From Candidatus Saccharimonadota bacterium (lineage in GTDB: Bacteria > Patescibacteriota > Saccharimonadia > Saccharimonadales > JAQGHD01), in contig JAQGHD010000023.1 in NCBI GenBank assembly GCA_028288965.1, positions 7,249-71,248 on the forward strand: a stretch of 64,000 nt of DNA. The letters are read 5' to 3'. Every line of letters begins with the position of its first letter. The first letter of the stretch is position 1. Shown here in pieces: positions 20,201-28,335 of this stretch. The translations under genes were made by a program, and so were the position numbers. Under the pieces are notes generated by a model, which was given only the letters and a program-made list of their open reading frames with translations, had not been told where the DNA came from and made no database searches.

Positions 20201-20396
20201 GGGCAGTAGCTGGACATTTAATTGGTCGGGTGGTATTAGCCCAGTAACCATTTATAGGCAGGATACCAATGTAGTGCTGTGTTCGAGCCCAGGCACGAGT
20301 TGTACATATACCCACACGGTACCAGGTGGCACAAAAGCCTATGCTCAAGACAATAATGGAACTAAGTCACCAGCAGTGACCATTGCACCCTTCTAG
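17298..20396 (+). CDS. class A penicillin-binding protein (transglycosylase/transpeptidase)
   Basis: EDKDFFKHGG, GGSTITQQLVK, RKVKE; SSFK, SRN, KTGT motifs; N-terminal TM; Ser/Thr-rich and beta-rich C-terminus. Confidence 0.95.
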   Translation: MSNPKGSKKSGRSRVSRTSFTTRSGNNIKINRGLSQRLRSSREAKAQRKAERMIGMPKSRLKRLLYRLQPRRLANYWFSREGGIMALKIIGIGIAAGFLILVGLFAYFRKDLPKLNDVSGGNIGGSISYYDRTGKVLLWQDYDAVKRIPVQGGDISQSLKDATVAVEDKDFFKHGGFDVRGIARAGVHNVVGHGGTQGGSTITQQLVKLTQNWTQQRSVSRKVKELIIAIELEREYSKQQILAGYLNVAPYGNIEYGAQAAANDYFHKSAKDLSLDEAAFLAAIPKSPSYYSPYGAVYKQDPASANKDLVDRQHYILDLMVQQHMINKQQADDAKKVDIVAKIQPQSAKYANIQYPYFVLTAKKELENKYGTQTVNRGGWKVITTLDKNLQDKSEKLVADNLSYVQRYHADEEAMVGEDVQTGQIVALVGGTNFSDPDHGQNNFASGILLPPGSSFKPYDYTTLIENNNNVGAGSVLFDSEGVLPGYPCSNKALPKNGGNCLKDYDFLQPGPLSLRYALGGSRNIPAVKAMLSSVPNDKSDSRTASVNKVISTASAMMANPYVSGNTYNCYADEALTKTTQCYGASAIGDGAFLHLDDHVNGLSTLGRLGNAIPKTYILKITDAANKVVNQWAQPKGKQVIRPDTAYIIDDMASDPRASYLPGNCSDTSCPATTRGYKFHRFNGWKFAIKTGTTNDGYDGLMTSWSSKYAVVTWVGNHTRHVSLTTSMENMTGPLTRGFMEAAHTNLKPQNWVQPTSIKSLPAFIVRNHIHYGDQEPSPTNDLFPSWYQPKSTSNSTQTLDKISNKVATNCTPSLAKDNAANSNANTWNVDIFHGGTTSAGTTATTSTNDTDDVHNCGDLKPGISLSASGNTMVASIIQGTHPLAGNTDKGAGKVNFIANGQVIQSINIVDGQSSYTLTSTSGLSGDVPITAQVIDSVLYDATSDSVTANFSPSPVATGPTITGISGGGSSWTFNWSGGISPVTIYRQDTNVVLCSSPGTSCTYTHTVPGGTKAYAQDNNGTKSPAVTIAPF

Positions 20397-20399
20397 CCT

Positions 20400-21374
20400 T
20401 TAACGGGTAGTTTGGGAGCTCACGTGACTGTCAATGGCCTTCACAAGTTCTTGCTCTTCTAATGCGATAGCGTTGCGGGCCGAAACTACTGAATTATATT
20501 GGGCGACCAATTGTTTATCTCGGGCAACACCTGAATTATATTGTTTAACCTTGTCATTAAAGCTGGCTACGCCGGAGTTATAACTATCGTACTGTCCAGA
20601 AGCCAACAAGCTATCAAGTCGCTTTCGGTCAGCGCTCAAAGATTGTTCAGTACTGGTGAGTTGGCTTTCTAGGCCGTCGATTTGATTTTTTAAGGCAGTG
20701 AGTTGCTGGTCGTACTTTAAGATTTGGTTTTTACGTTCGGTAAAGACTGCCTGGTACTGCTCAGCATAGCCCACGATTTTGGCGCGGTCGGAAAAGAATT
20801 GCTTATAGTGCGTCTCAAGCTCAGGCGTGAGCGTTCGTACCTCAGTGCCTAAAATAGAATGAAGCTCATTGGGTACAACTGATGAATCCCGTTTGCGGTA
20901 CTGTTCAATAACTGACTTTAATCGTTCGTCGGTTGAGCTATTATAAACGGCTAGGAGCTCGGCATTGAGCTTGTCTTTATCGGAACGGCTAAAACGATCA
21001 TAGGCAGCGTGGAGCATCTCGTGAGCCGCGGTGACCTGTTCCACGCCACTCAGCCGGCTATCGGTCACGTCATACAAGTAAATGCCCTGGCCGCTGACAA
21101 AACAGCCCAGTACGATGGTTTGCTCGCTGACCGAACAATGTTGATTGAAGATGGTTTTATTAGACTCTATATCCGGATGGTTTACGTAAAATAGCTTCTG
21201 GCCATAGCCACTCATGGTGGTGTCGGCAGCCAAGCTGGCTACTCTGGCCGGCGCCTGGTAGTTGCGCAGTCGCCACCAGTCAAAGATGTTTTGACGCTGC
21301 CATAAAAAACCTGCCAACACCGCCAAAAATAGCATAGTCGAAGTGAGGGATCCGGTTCTTTTTGGTTGAGCCAT
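20400..21374 (-). CDS. membrane-anchored putative zinc metallopeptidase with coiled-coil tail
   Basis: N-terminal hydrophobic helix, AAHEMLHA (HExxH), downstream NELHS, heptad-rich C-terminus. Confidence 0.65.
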   Translation of the reverse strand: MAQPKRTGSLTSTMLFLAVLAGFLWQRQNIFDWWRLRNYQAPARVASLAADTTMSGYGQKLFYVNHPDIESNKTIFNQHCSVSEQTIVLGCFVSGQGIYLYDVTDSRLSGVEQVTAAHEMLHAAYDRFSRSDKDKLNAELLAVYNSSTDERLKSVIEQYRKRDSSVVPNELHSILGTEVRTLTPELETHYKQFFSDRAKIVGYAEQYQAVFTERKNQILKYDQQLTALKNQIDGLESQLTSTEQSLSADRKRLDSLLASGQYDSYNSGVASFNDKVKQYNSGVARDKQLVAQYNSVVSARNAIALEEQELVKAIDSHVSSQTTR

Positions 21375-21403
21375 AGCAGAATTATAAGCTATTTTGGCAA
21401 AAT

Positions 21404-23893
21404 TTAGCTGACAGGTGTCTCTTCTTGAACATTCTGGTAGATTAGTTCATCTTCCCTGGCACTTACTTTCACCACATCACCCCGCTCGTAACCGTTTTCC
21501 AGTAGACCCAAGGCAATATGATCCTCTAGTGTGTCTTGAATCAGGCGACGCATGGGCCGTACCCCGTTATGTGAGTCATAGCCCTTGTCTAGTAAGTAAT
21601 GCTTAGCAGCTGGCGTGGCTTGCAAGCCCAAGCCCTTTTTTAGAAGTCGCTGACGCAGTTCATCCAGTTGCAGGTCCAAGATCCTTAGCACATCTTTTTG
21701 CGTCAAGGCACGGAAGACCACTACCTTATCTATACGGTTCAGCAGCTCCGGGCGCATCATTTTCTTAAGTTCATCCTGGACTTTGTCTCGGTTAATAGCG
21801 TGTAAGCTGTCCAGGTCTTTCAAATCCTTGGCGTCGGTGGCATGGAAGCCTAAGGACGCTTCTTTTTGGAGCTTTTCTGCTCCAATGTTGCTAGTCATGA
21901 TCACAATAGTGTTAGTGAAATCGATCTTACGGCCCTTAGCGTCGGTGAGCACGCCGTCTTCTAGGATCTGCAGGAGCATGTTAAAGACTTCTGGGTGTGC
22001 TTTCTCGATCTCATCAAATAGCACCAGGCTGTAGGGTTGCCGGCGGATTTTATCGGTCAGCTGCCCGCCGTCATCGTAACCGACATAGCCGGCTGGCGCA
22101 CCAACCAAGCGGGCCACAGTGTGACGCTCAGACAATTCACTCATATCAATCTTGACCAGTGCTTCATCGGAGCCAAAGAATTCACGGGCTAGAACCCGGG
22201 CCAGTTCAGTCTTGCCGACACCGGTCGGGCCAAGGAATATTAACGAACCGATTGGTCGTTTTTCACTACCAATTCCGGAGCGGTTACGGCGGATGGCCTT
22301 AGATACGGCACTGACTGCCTCGCTTTGGCCAATAACGTAACGGCCGAGGTTCTTTTCTAAGTTTACTAAGTACTTAGCCTCAGAACGGATAACTTTAGTG
22401 ACCGGCACACCGGTCATACGGGCCACAACTTCGGCAACGTGTTCGCTGGTTAGCACCAGACGCTTAGCACCCTTGCCGGCAGCCTGAAGGTCCTTGAGCT
22501 TGTCACTAATTTGACTAGCCCGAGTTTTGTAATGGGCGGCCCGCTCGTAATCCTCAGCCTCCGCAGCCTCTTCGCGGCGGGTATTAGCCAAGGCCAGTTC
22601 CTTCTGCAACTTACGCACGTCTGGCGAAGTTTTGCCTTTATCAACACGCAAGTAAGCAGCAGTTTCATCGAGTAAATCGATGGCTTTATCAGGCATGAAT
22701 CGGTCGTTGACGTAGCGCTTGGCTAGATCAACCGTGTCTTTTAGGACTTCGTCATTGACGCTGACGTTATGAAAATCTTCGTAGTGCTTACGTAAGCCTT
22801 TTAGAATGGCAAGGGTCTCTGGCACAGTAGTTTCGGGGACTTGAATAGGCTGGAAACGACGTTCTAGAGCAGCATCTTTCTCTATATGTTTAGTGTACTC
22901 AGCCGTTGTAGTGGCGCCAATGACTTGGATTTTGCCGCGTGCTAAAGCAGGCTTAAGAATATTACCAGCATCCATAGCACCTTCGGCAGCCCCGGCACCA
23001 ACAATCAGATGGAGCTCATCTATAAAGATAATAGTTTTATCATCATCTTCTAGCTCGGCCATGACTTTTTTAAGGCGCTCTTCGAACTCGCCTCGGTATT
23101 TTGTGCCAGCGATCATGCCAGCCAGGTCAAGCATGACAATACGCTTGTCTAATAAGCTATCAGGCACGTCTTCTGTGATGATGCGTTGAGCCAGTCCCTC
23201 TACGATGGCAGTCTTACCGACGCCCGGCTCACCAATAAGGACCGGATTGTTTTTGGTACGGCGGTTTAGGATGGTGATGACTCGCTTGATTTGCGCTTCT
23301 CGCCCCACCACTGGGTCTAGTTTATTCTCGCGAGCTTGGGCGGTTAGATCGGTACCAAAGAAATCAAGCGCTGTTTTGCGCTTCTTTTTGCTAGCACTAC
23401 GCTTAGTGGCGGTGTCGTTGTCGTCGTATTGTTGACGATTCAGGAACTGCTCCAGCTCAGTAGTCAGGTGATCGACGTCGACATTCATGTCACGCAGTAG
23501 CGTGGTGGCTCGGGCATTCTTCTGGTTCAAAATGCTATATAAGATGTGCTCGGTGCCACAGTAATCGTGACCAAAGTCTTGGGCAGTCTCATAGGCCATT
23601 CTAAGCGTTAGTTTGGCGGTTTCACTGAGGCCCTTAGCCCCTAGGTTTATGACCAACGTTTTAGGCGTTAGATTAAGCGCTAAACGCGCCCGATCAAGGG
23701 TCACCCCAATGCCTTCGAGCATTTTAGCGCCAATGCTACTGTCTTGAGCTAGCACCCCAAGCAGTAAATGTTCGGTGCCGACGTACGCACTGCCAAAGCT
23801 ACGAGCAATGGCATCAGCATGCTTCAGGCTTTGCAGAGCATTATCTGTTAAATGATTCAAAAATTCTTGGAATTCTGCTGAGTTAGGCATCAT
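21404..23893 (-). CDS. clpC: ClpC-type AAA+ unfoldase
   Basis: Two Clp-N repeats (GTEHLL/GTEHIL), [11 protein letters not shown]-like middle domain, [12 protein letters not shown] ClpP-docking loop. Start could be 23893, 23890 or 23932. Confidence 0.95.
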   Translation of the reverse strand: MMPNSAEFQEFLNHLTDNALQSLKHADAIARSFGSAYVGTEHLLLGVLAQDSSIGAKMLEGIGVTLDRARLALNLTPKTLVINLGAKGLSETAKLTLRMAYETAQDFGHDYCGTEHILYSILNQKNARATTLLRDMNVDVDHLTTELEQFLNRQQYDDNDTATKRSASKKKRKTALDFFGTDLTAQARENKLDPVVGREAQIKRVITILNRRTKNNPVLIGEPGVGKTAIVEGLAQRIITEDVPDSLLDKRIVMLDLAGMIAGTKYRGEFEERLKKVMAELEDDDKTIIFIDELHLIVGAGAAEGAMDAGNILKPALARGKIQVIGATTTAEYTKHIEKDAALERRFQPIQVPETTVPETLAILKGLRKHYEDFHNVSVNDEVLKDTVDLAKRYVNDRFMPDKAIDLLDETAAYLRVDKGKTSPDVRKLQKELALANTRREEAAEAEDYERAAHYKTRASQISDKLKDLQAAGKGAKRLVLTSEHVAEVVARMTGVPVTKVIRSEAKYLVNLEKNLGRYVIGQSEAVSAVSKAIRRNRSGIGSEKRPIGSLIFLGPTGVGKTELARVLAREFFGSDEALVKIDMSELSERHTVARLVGAPAGYVGYDDGGQLTDKIRRQPYSLVLFDEIEKAHPEVFNMLLQILEDGVLTDAKGRKIDFTNTIVIMTSNIGAEKLQKEASLGFHATDAKDLKDLDSLHAINRDKVQDELKKMMRPELLNRIDKVVVFRALTQKDVLRILDLQLDELRQRLLKKGLGLQATPAAKHYLLDKGYDSHNGVRPMRRLIQDTLEDHIALGLLENGYERGDVVKVSAREDELIYQNVQEETPVS

Positions 23894-24008
23894 AATTTTC
23901 TTATACCCACCTTCCTTAGGGAAGACAGACAAACGTTATGTTTTCTGTACCCTTATTAAGTATAGCAAGCGCTCAAATGAAATATCTTGCTCTCTCCATA
24001 ATAAAAAA

Positions 24009-24035
24009 TTAGCACTCACTAGTCAAGAGTGCTAA
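24009..24035. promoter_or_regulatory. CIRCE element (HrcA operator) overlapping clpC promoter
   Basis: Exact TTAGCACTC-N9-GAGTGCTAA; minus strand TTGACT (24026-24021), 17 bp, TATTAT (24003-23998). Confidence 0.95.
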
Positions 24036-24068
24036 TTTAATGTCTGTCACGAACCCTTTAACGGCCCG

Positions 24069-25265
24069 TTACTCTGCAGGTTTGTCGTCGGTACCGTGCT
24101 CTTCAATGGCCTCAAGCAGGCTGTTTTCTAGTTCAGTCTTTTTCTTGAGCTTTTGGACCACTGGTTTGGCTTCGGCCTCAGGTTGTGACTGTTCTGGTTC
24201 AACGGCAGCTGGCACGGGAGCCTTTTCTGTCTCTGGCTTAATGTCAATGTCATAGCCTGTTAGCTTGCTAGCCAGACGGACATTCTGGCCGCTTTTGCCA
24301 ATAGCAATACTTAACTGATCTTCAGGCACAGTAACAATCGCCTTTTTGTTGGCTTGGTCTAAGGTTACCTGGCTGACTTTTGTGGGGCTTAAAGCATTAG
24401 TAATGAAGGGCTCTGAATTTTCGTCCCACACAATAATGTCAATTTTTTCTTGCTCGCCAATCTCGCTCATGACGGCGTTTACACGAGTTCCGTGACCACC
24501 AACAAAGGTACCAACCGGGTCAACACCCTGTACGGTACTGCTAACGGCAATTTTACTGCGTACGCCAGCTTCTCGGGCAATTTCTTTAATCTCCACAGCG
24601 CCGTTTTCCATTTCTGGCACCTCGGCCCTAAACAGCCACTCAATAAATTCAGTATTTCCGCGCGATACCACTAATTGTGGTCCACGAAAACCACGCTCTA
24701 CGTCCTTGAGAAAGACCTTGAGCCGTTGGCCTGGGTAGTAGCGCTCACCCTGAATTTGCTCGCTGGCTGGCATAATGCCCTGGGCTTTGCCAAGGTCAAT
24801 GCGCACAATCCGGCCCTCTACGCGAGCCACAATACCGTTAATGACAGTACCGATTTTATCCTCGTACTCCGCCATAACAATTTCTCGTTCGGCTTCGCGC
24901 AGCCGCTGCAAGATCACTTGTTTAGCGGTTTGTGCGGCTACTCGTCCAAATTTTTCTACTTTTTGCTCGATCTCCACCATGTCACCAACTTTGGCGTCGC
25001 TTTTGATCTTTTTAGCATCAGCCACGTTAATTTCAAAGTTTTCATCGCCAACTTCTTCTACCACTTCTTTTTCAATAAAGGCCGTAATGTCGCCAGTGTT
25101 GATATTCATAGTAATGCGTACTTCTTGCTCTCGATCGCCGTAATCACGGCGGTAGGCGGCCGCTAAGGCCTGTTCTACCACTTCTTGCACGGTATCTTCT
25201 GGGAGATTCTTTTCCTCGGCAATGGCTTTAAGCGCCAAGGCCAACTGTTTTACATCTAAGTCCAT
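24069..25265 (-). CDS. nusA: transcription elongation factor NusA
   Basis: FGRVAAQTAKQVI, AREAGVRSKIAV, AIGKSGQNVRLASKL. Confidence 0.98.
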   Translation of the reverse strand: MDLDVKQLALALKAIAEEKNLPEDTVQEVVEQALAAAYRRDYGDREQEVRITMNINTGDITAFIEKEVVEEVGDENFEINVADAKKIKSDAKVGDMVEIEQKVEKFGRVAAQTAKQVILQRLREAEREIVMAEYEDKIGTVINGIVARVEGRIVRIDLGKAQGIMPASEQIQGERYYPGQRLKVFLKDVERGFRGPQLVVSRGNTEFIEWLFRAEVPEMENGAVEIKEIAREAGVRSKIAVSSTVQGVDPVGTFVGGHGTRVNAVMSEIGEQEKIDIIVWDENSEPFITNALSPTKVSQVTLDQANKKAIVTVPEDQLSIAIGKSGQNVRLASKLTGYDIDIKPETEKAPVPAAVEPEQSQPEAEAKPVVQKLKKKTELENSLLEAIEEHGTDDKPAE

Positions 25266-25310
25266 AATTATTTCCTTTCTATTTACGAGTTATTACAAGC
25301 CAAAGGCATG

Positions 25311-25335
25311 AAAAAAGTCGACCTGCTGGCCGACC
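25311..25335 (-). terminator. intrinsic terminator / attenuator in nusA leader
   Basis: GGUCGGCC-AGCA-GGUCGACU stem-loop followed by U-tract, between promoter and nusA RBS. Confidence 0.75.
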
Positions 25336-25346
25336 GTATCAATCAA

Positions 25347-25375
25347 AGAATACTCTAGTACGGATTTGGTGTCAA
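25347..25375 (-). promoter_or_regulatory. sigma70-type promoter of nusA
   Basis: TTGACA (25375-25370), 17 bp, TATTCT (25352-25347). Confidence 0.75.
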
Positions 25376-25549
25376 ACCCACCCGCATCCAGTAAATCTTG
25401 CAATATTTTGCAATCGAGTAGATAAAATTTACATACAGTCTATTTTATGCTGATGTAATTTGCTACAATGCATATGTTTTTGGCGCTCTTAATAAAGGTT
25501 TTGAACAGAACACCGTCAATACGTATACGCAAATTAATTTGTCATTCAT

Positions 25550-27250
25550 ATGAGTACAGCAAAAAATAAATTTTTATTCACAGCCTGGTGGATCAAGCAA
25601 ATTATTGTTTCGAGTATTATCGTAGCAATCTTGGGCTTTATTGTTTTTAACTTTTACATTCTGTCTTCGGTGATCAGTTTTGAAAAGTTTTTCTTTGTGT
25701 TTTTAATCATTTCTGGACTAACAGATGGTTTGTTTGTCCTTATTCATTTGCCACGTAGGTCCTTAAAACATAGCGGTTTTCAGTTTGATCCATCTAAGCT
25801 CACTATCGTCATTGCCTGCTACAACGGTGAGGATGTCATTCAAAAAACAATCGATCAAGCTATGCAACATGTGCCAGCAAAGCAAATCATAGTTGTCTCA
25901 GACGCCTCTACTGACAAAACAAGTGAGATTGCCAAGCAGGCTGGCGTGCGCGTGTTGGTTAACCAGCGAAATGTAAATAAGGCATTTAGCATTACCAGAG
26001 CCGTGCAGCACGTAATGACTCCGTATACCCTTATTCTTGATGACGATACTCTAATTGGCGATACCTTCATCCCGACCAGCTTGCTAGATGAAGGGTACAC
26101 CGCAGTAGCTTTCGACGTTATGCCTACATCTGAAAGCAGTATTATTAACCGTTTGCAGAGATATGAGTATAGAAAAAGTATGCAGCTGGGCAAAAACTTA
26201 CGAGCTAAAGTGGGGGCAATAGGCAACGTATCAGGTGCTATAGGCCTCTTCCATACCGAGGATCTAAAACGACAAACCAGATTGCATTCAGGTCAGTTTG
26301 GAGGTGAAGACGAACAGCGTACTATTTTGACCCATCTTTACAGTGACGGCAAAGGCATTGTGTTTAGTAACTCATTAGTTCTCACTAAAGCCCCCGATAC
26401 CTGGGCAAAGCTATTAAAACAAAGAGCTTTTAGCTGGAGCCTCTCACTGCCTGAGTTGCTATTTTTATACACGCGAATACTGTTCAGCCCCAATTACCAC
26501 TATCTACTCAAATCCGAAAAAGCTTACCAGCTTTATATCTTCTTAACTGATCCTCTACGCATTCTGCTTATTTGGGTCTTGTTGACCAGGCCTTCCAATA
26601 TCCTGGCAGCATACCTGTTCTATGTGGCTCTGTCTGCGATAGTTTGGGTTCGAACCAAATGTAAAGATCCGTGGTGGGTTGTGCTACTCTATCCTTTCTA
26701 TAGTCTCATCATCAGCCTCTGCAGATTTGCGGGCAATTTTTACTGGCTGAAACTTAAGGCTCGGGATATTTTCAAGGATAAGTTTTATCGGGTGGCTAAT
26801 CAGCGTAAGCTGCTGTTAGAATATGCCTTAGCATTGGTGGTGATTGGCTTTTTTTGGTTTAAAGCCATTACCCACTTTAATTCTGATATGTCTATTTTGA
26901 GTAAGATTCGATCAAGCCGACTTGAAGATAACAGCCAACAGTTTAATTATGAAAATGTTTCGCCGACCATCGTTCCTGGCGACAACAATGGCGACAACAT
27001 AATTCTACTCATTAACTCAAATGACAGTCTTAATACTATTGCTCATCGAGCCATAGACATTGTTTTAGCTCAGGATAGCAACCTGTCTGCTGCCGCTAGT
27101 AGTCGCCAACAAATTGATAGCCAGTTAGCTAGTACATTAAAGACCAGTGGCTTCTCGGTTTCTAATTCGTATATTAGTATTCCCAGGCAGTTAGTTCGAT
27201 CAGCTCTGGTTATACCAACTACGCCTGTTCAGGAAAATAAACTGCCATGA
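25550..27250 (+). CDS. membrane-embedded family 2 glycosyltransferase (processive synthase-like)
   Basis: IACYNGED, VSDASTD, NKA, ILDDD, VSGAIGLF, GED, QRAFSW; TM helices before and after catalytic domain. Confidence 0.88.
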   Translation: MSTAKNKFLFTAWWIKQIIVSSIIVAILGFIVFNFYILSSVISFEKFFFVFLIISGLTDGLFVLIHLPRRSLKHSGFQFDPSKLTIVIACYNGEDVIQKTIDQAMQHVPAKQIIVVSDASTDKTSEIAKQAGVRVLVNQRNVNKAFSITRAVQHVMTPYTLILDDDTLIGDTFIPTSLLDEGYTAVAFDVMPTSESSIINRLQRYEYRKSMQLGKNLRAKVGAIGNVSGAIGLFHTEDLKRQTRLHSGQFGGEDEQRTILTHLYSDGKGIVFSNSLVLTKAPDTWAKLLKQRAFSWSLSLPELLFLYTRILFSPNYHYLLKSEKAYQLYIFLTDPLRILLIWVLLTRPSNILAAYLFYVALSAIVWVRTKCKDPWWVVLLYPFYSLIISLCRFAGNFYWLKLKARDIFKDKFYRVANQRKLLLEYALALVVIGFFWFKAITHFNSDMSILSKIRSSRLEDNSQQFNYENVSPTIVPGDNNGDNIILLINSNDSLNTIAHRAIDIVLAQDSNLSAAASSRQQIDSQLASTLKTSGFSVSNSYISIPRQLVRSALVIPTTPVQENKLP

Positions 27251-28293
27251 AGCGCCGAATAAAGAATCGACTTGTGATTTATTGTAGTTGTCTGATTATT
27301 ATTGCTGGCGGTCTGGGGCTGGGTATCTTGGGAGACAAGGCCGTTAACGATACTCCCCTCAAACAGTATTTTCAGCCTTCTGTAAACCTTCGCGCTGTGT
27401 GGGATTGGACCGATTTGTCCAAAAAAGATCCTAGCACCTGGCAGGCTACGGCCAGGAGCCTTCAAAAGAGACAAATTAATAGTGTATTTATTGACATATC
27501 GAGTTTGGCCCACACCACAGATAAGGCAGCCATTAGTCGTTTTTCCGATAGGCTTACAGGCTACATAGCCAGCATGCAGCGACAAAACATTAGTGTGTAT
27601 GCTGCAGCCGGTAATACTGATTGGAGCAAGCCAGATATGCAGCAGTATCCTTTGCGGGTAGCTAATTATGTTTTTTCGTATAATCATAATAACTCTAAGA
27701 CACCCCTCCAAGGCCTGGAGTTTGATATTGAGTCATATAATCAAACCGATTTTGCCTCATCGCCGTTTTTCCTTAAGGATCAAGCGCTCACACAATATCT
27801 TGACCTGGTAAGCAAACTTGTCACAAATCAACAACGATTGATCAAAGAAGACCCAAATTATTCCCGCATAAATCTGGGCTTTACCATTCCGTATTGGTAT
27901 GACAACGAAAACGGTAACATTGAATCCATCACCTGGCATGATAAAACCGGTCCGACACTATACCACCTCATGGATACTCTTAATCAGTTACCGGCCACAA
28001 ATGTAGTCGTAATGGCTTACCGCAATGCTGCCAACGGTAATGACGGAGCTGTGGCTCACTCTCGTACCGAATTAGCTTATGCTCAAGCTAAAGCTCCTCA
28101 TGTCAAAGTGGTGATCGGACAAGAGACTACTGATGTGCAGCCTTCTAAAATAACGTTCTACGGTCATTCGTTAGCTGACTTTTCGCAACAAATTAACGCC
28201 ATTAGTGATCAAGCTAATACATACGGCGTGTTCGGTGGTATTGCTATTAATGATGTTGACGGCTATTTGCAGATCCAAAACAAAGGCTATTAG
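27247..28293 (+). CDS. exported putative glycoside hydrolase (TIM-barrel-like)
   Basis: N-terminal signal/anchor; GLEFDIESY, IPYWYD, VVVMAYRN, VVIGQET; ATGA overlap with GT2 gene. Confidence 0.6.
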   Translation: MKRRIKNRLVIYCSCLIIIAGGLGLGILGDKAVNDTPLKQYFQPSVNLRAVWDWTDLSKKDPSTWQATARSLQKRQINSVFIDISSLAHTTDKAAISRFSDRLTGYIASMQRQNISVYAAAGNTDWSKPDMQQYPLRVANYVFSYNHNNSKTPLQGLEFDIESYNQTDFASSPFFLKDQALTQYLDLVSKLVTNQQRLIKEDPNYSRINLGFTIPYWYDNENGNIESITWHDKTGPTLYHLMDTLNQLPATNVVVMAYRNAANGNDGAVAHSRTELAYAQAKAPHVKVVIGQETTDVQPSKITFYGHSLADFSQQINAISDQANTYGVFGGIAINDVDGYLQIQNKGY

Positions 28294-28335
28294 CATACCC
28301 TACCGTCTCAATGGTCTATGCTAGAATGGAAATTA

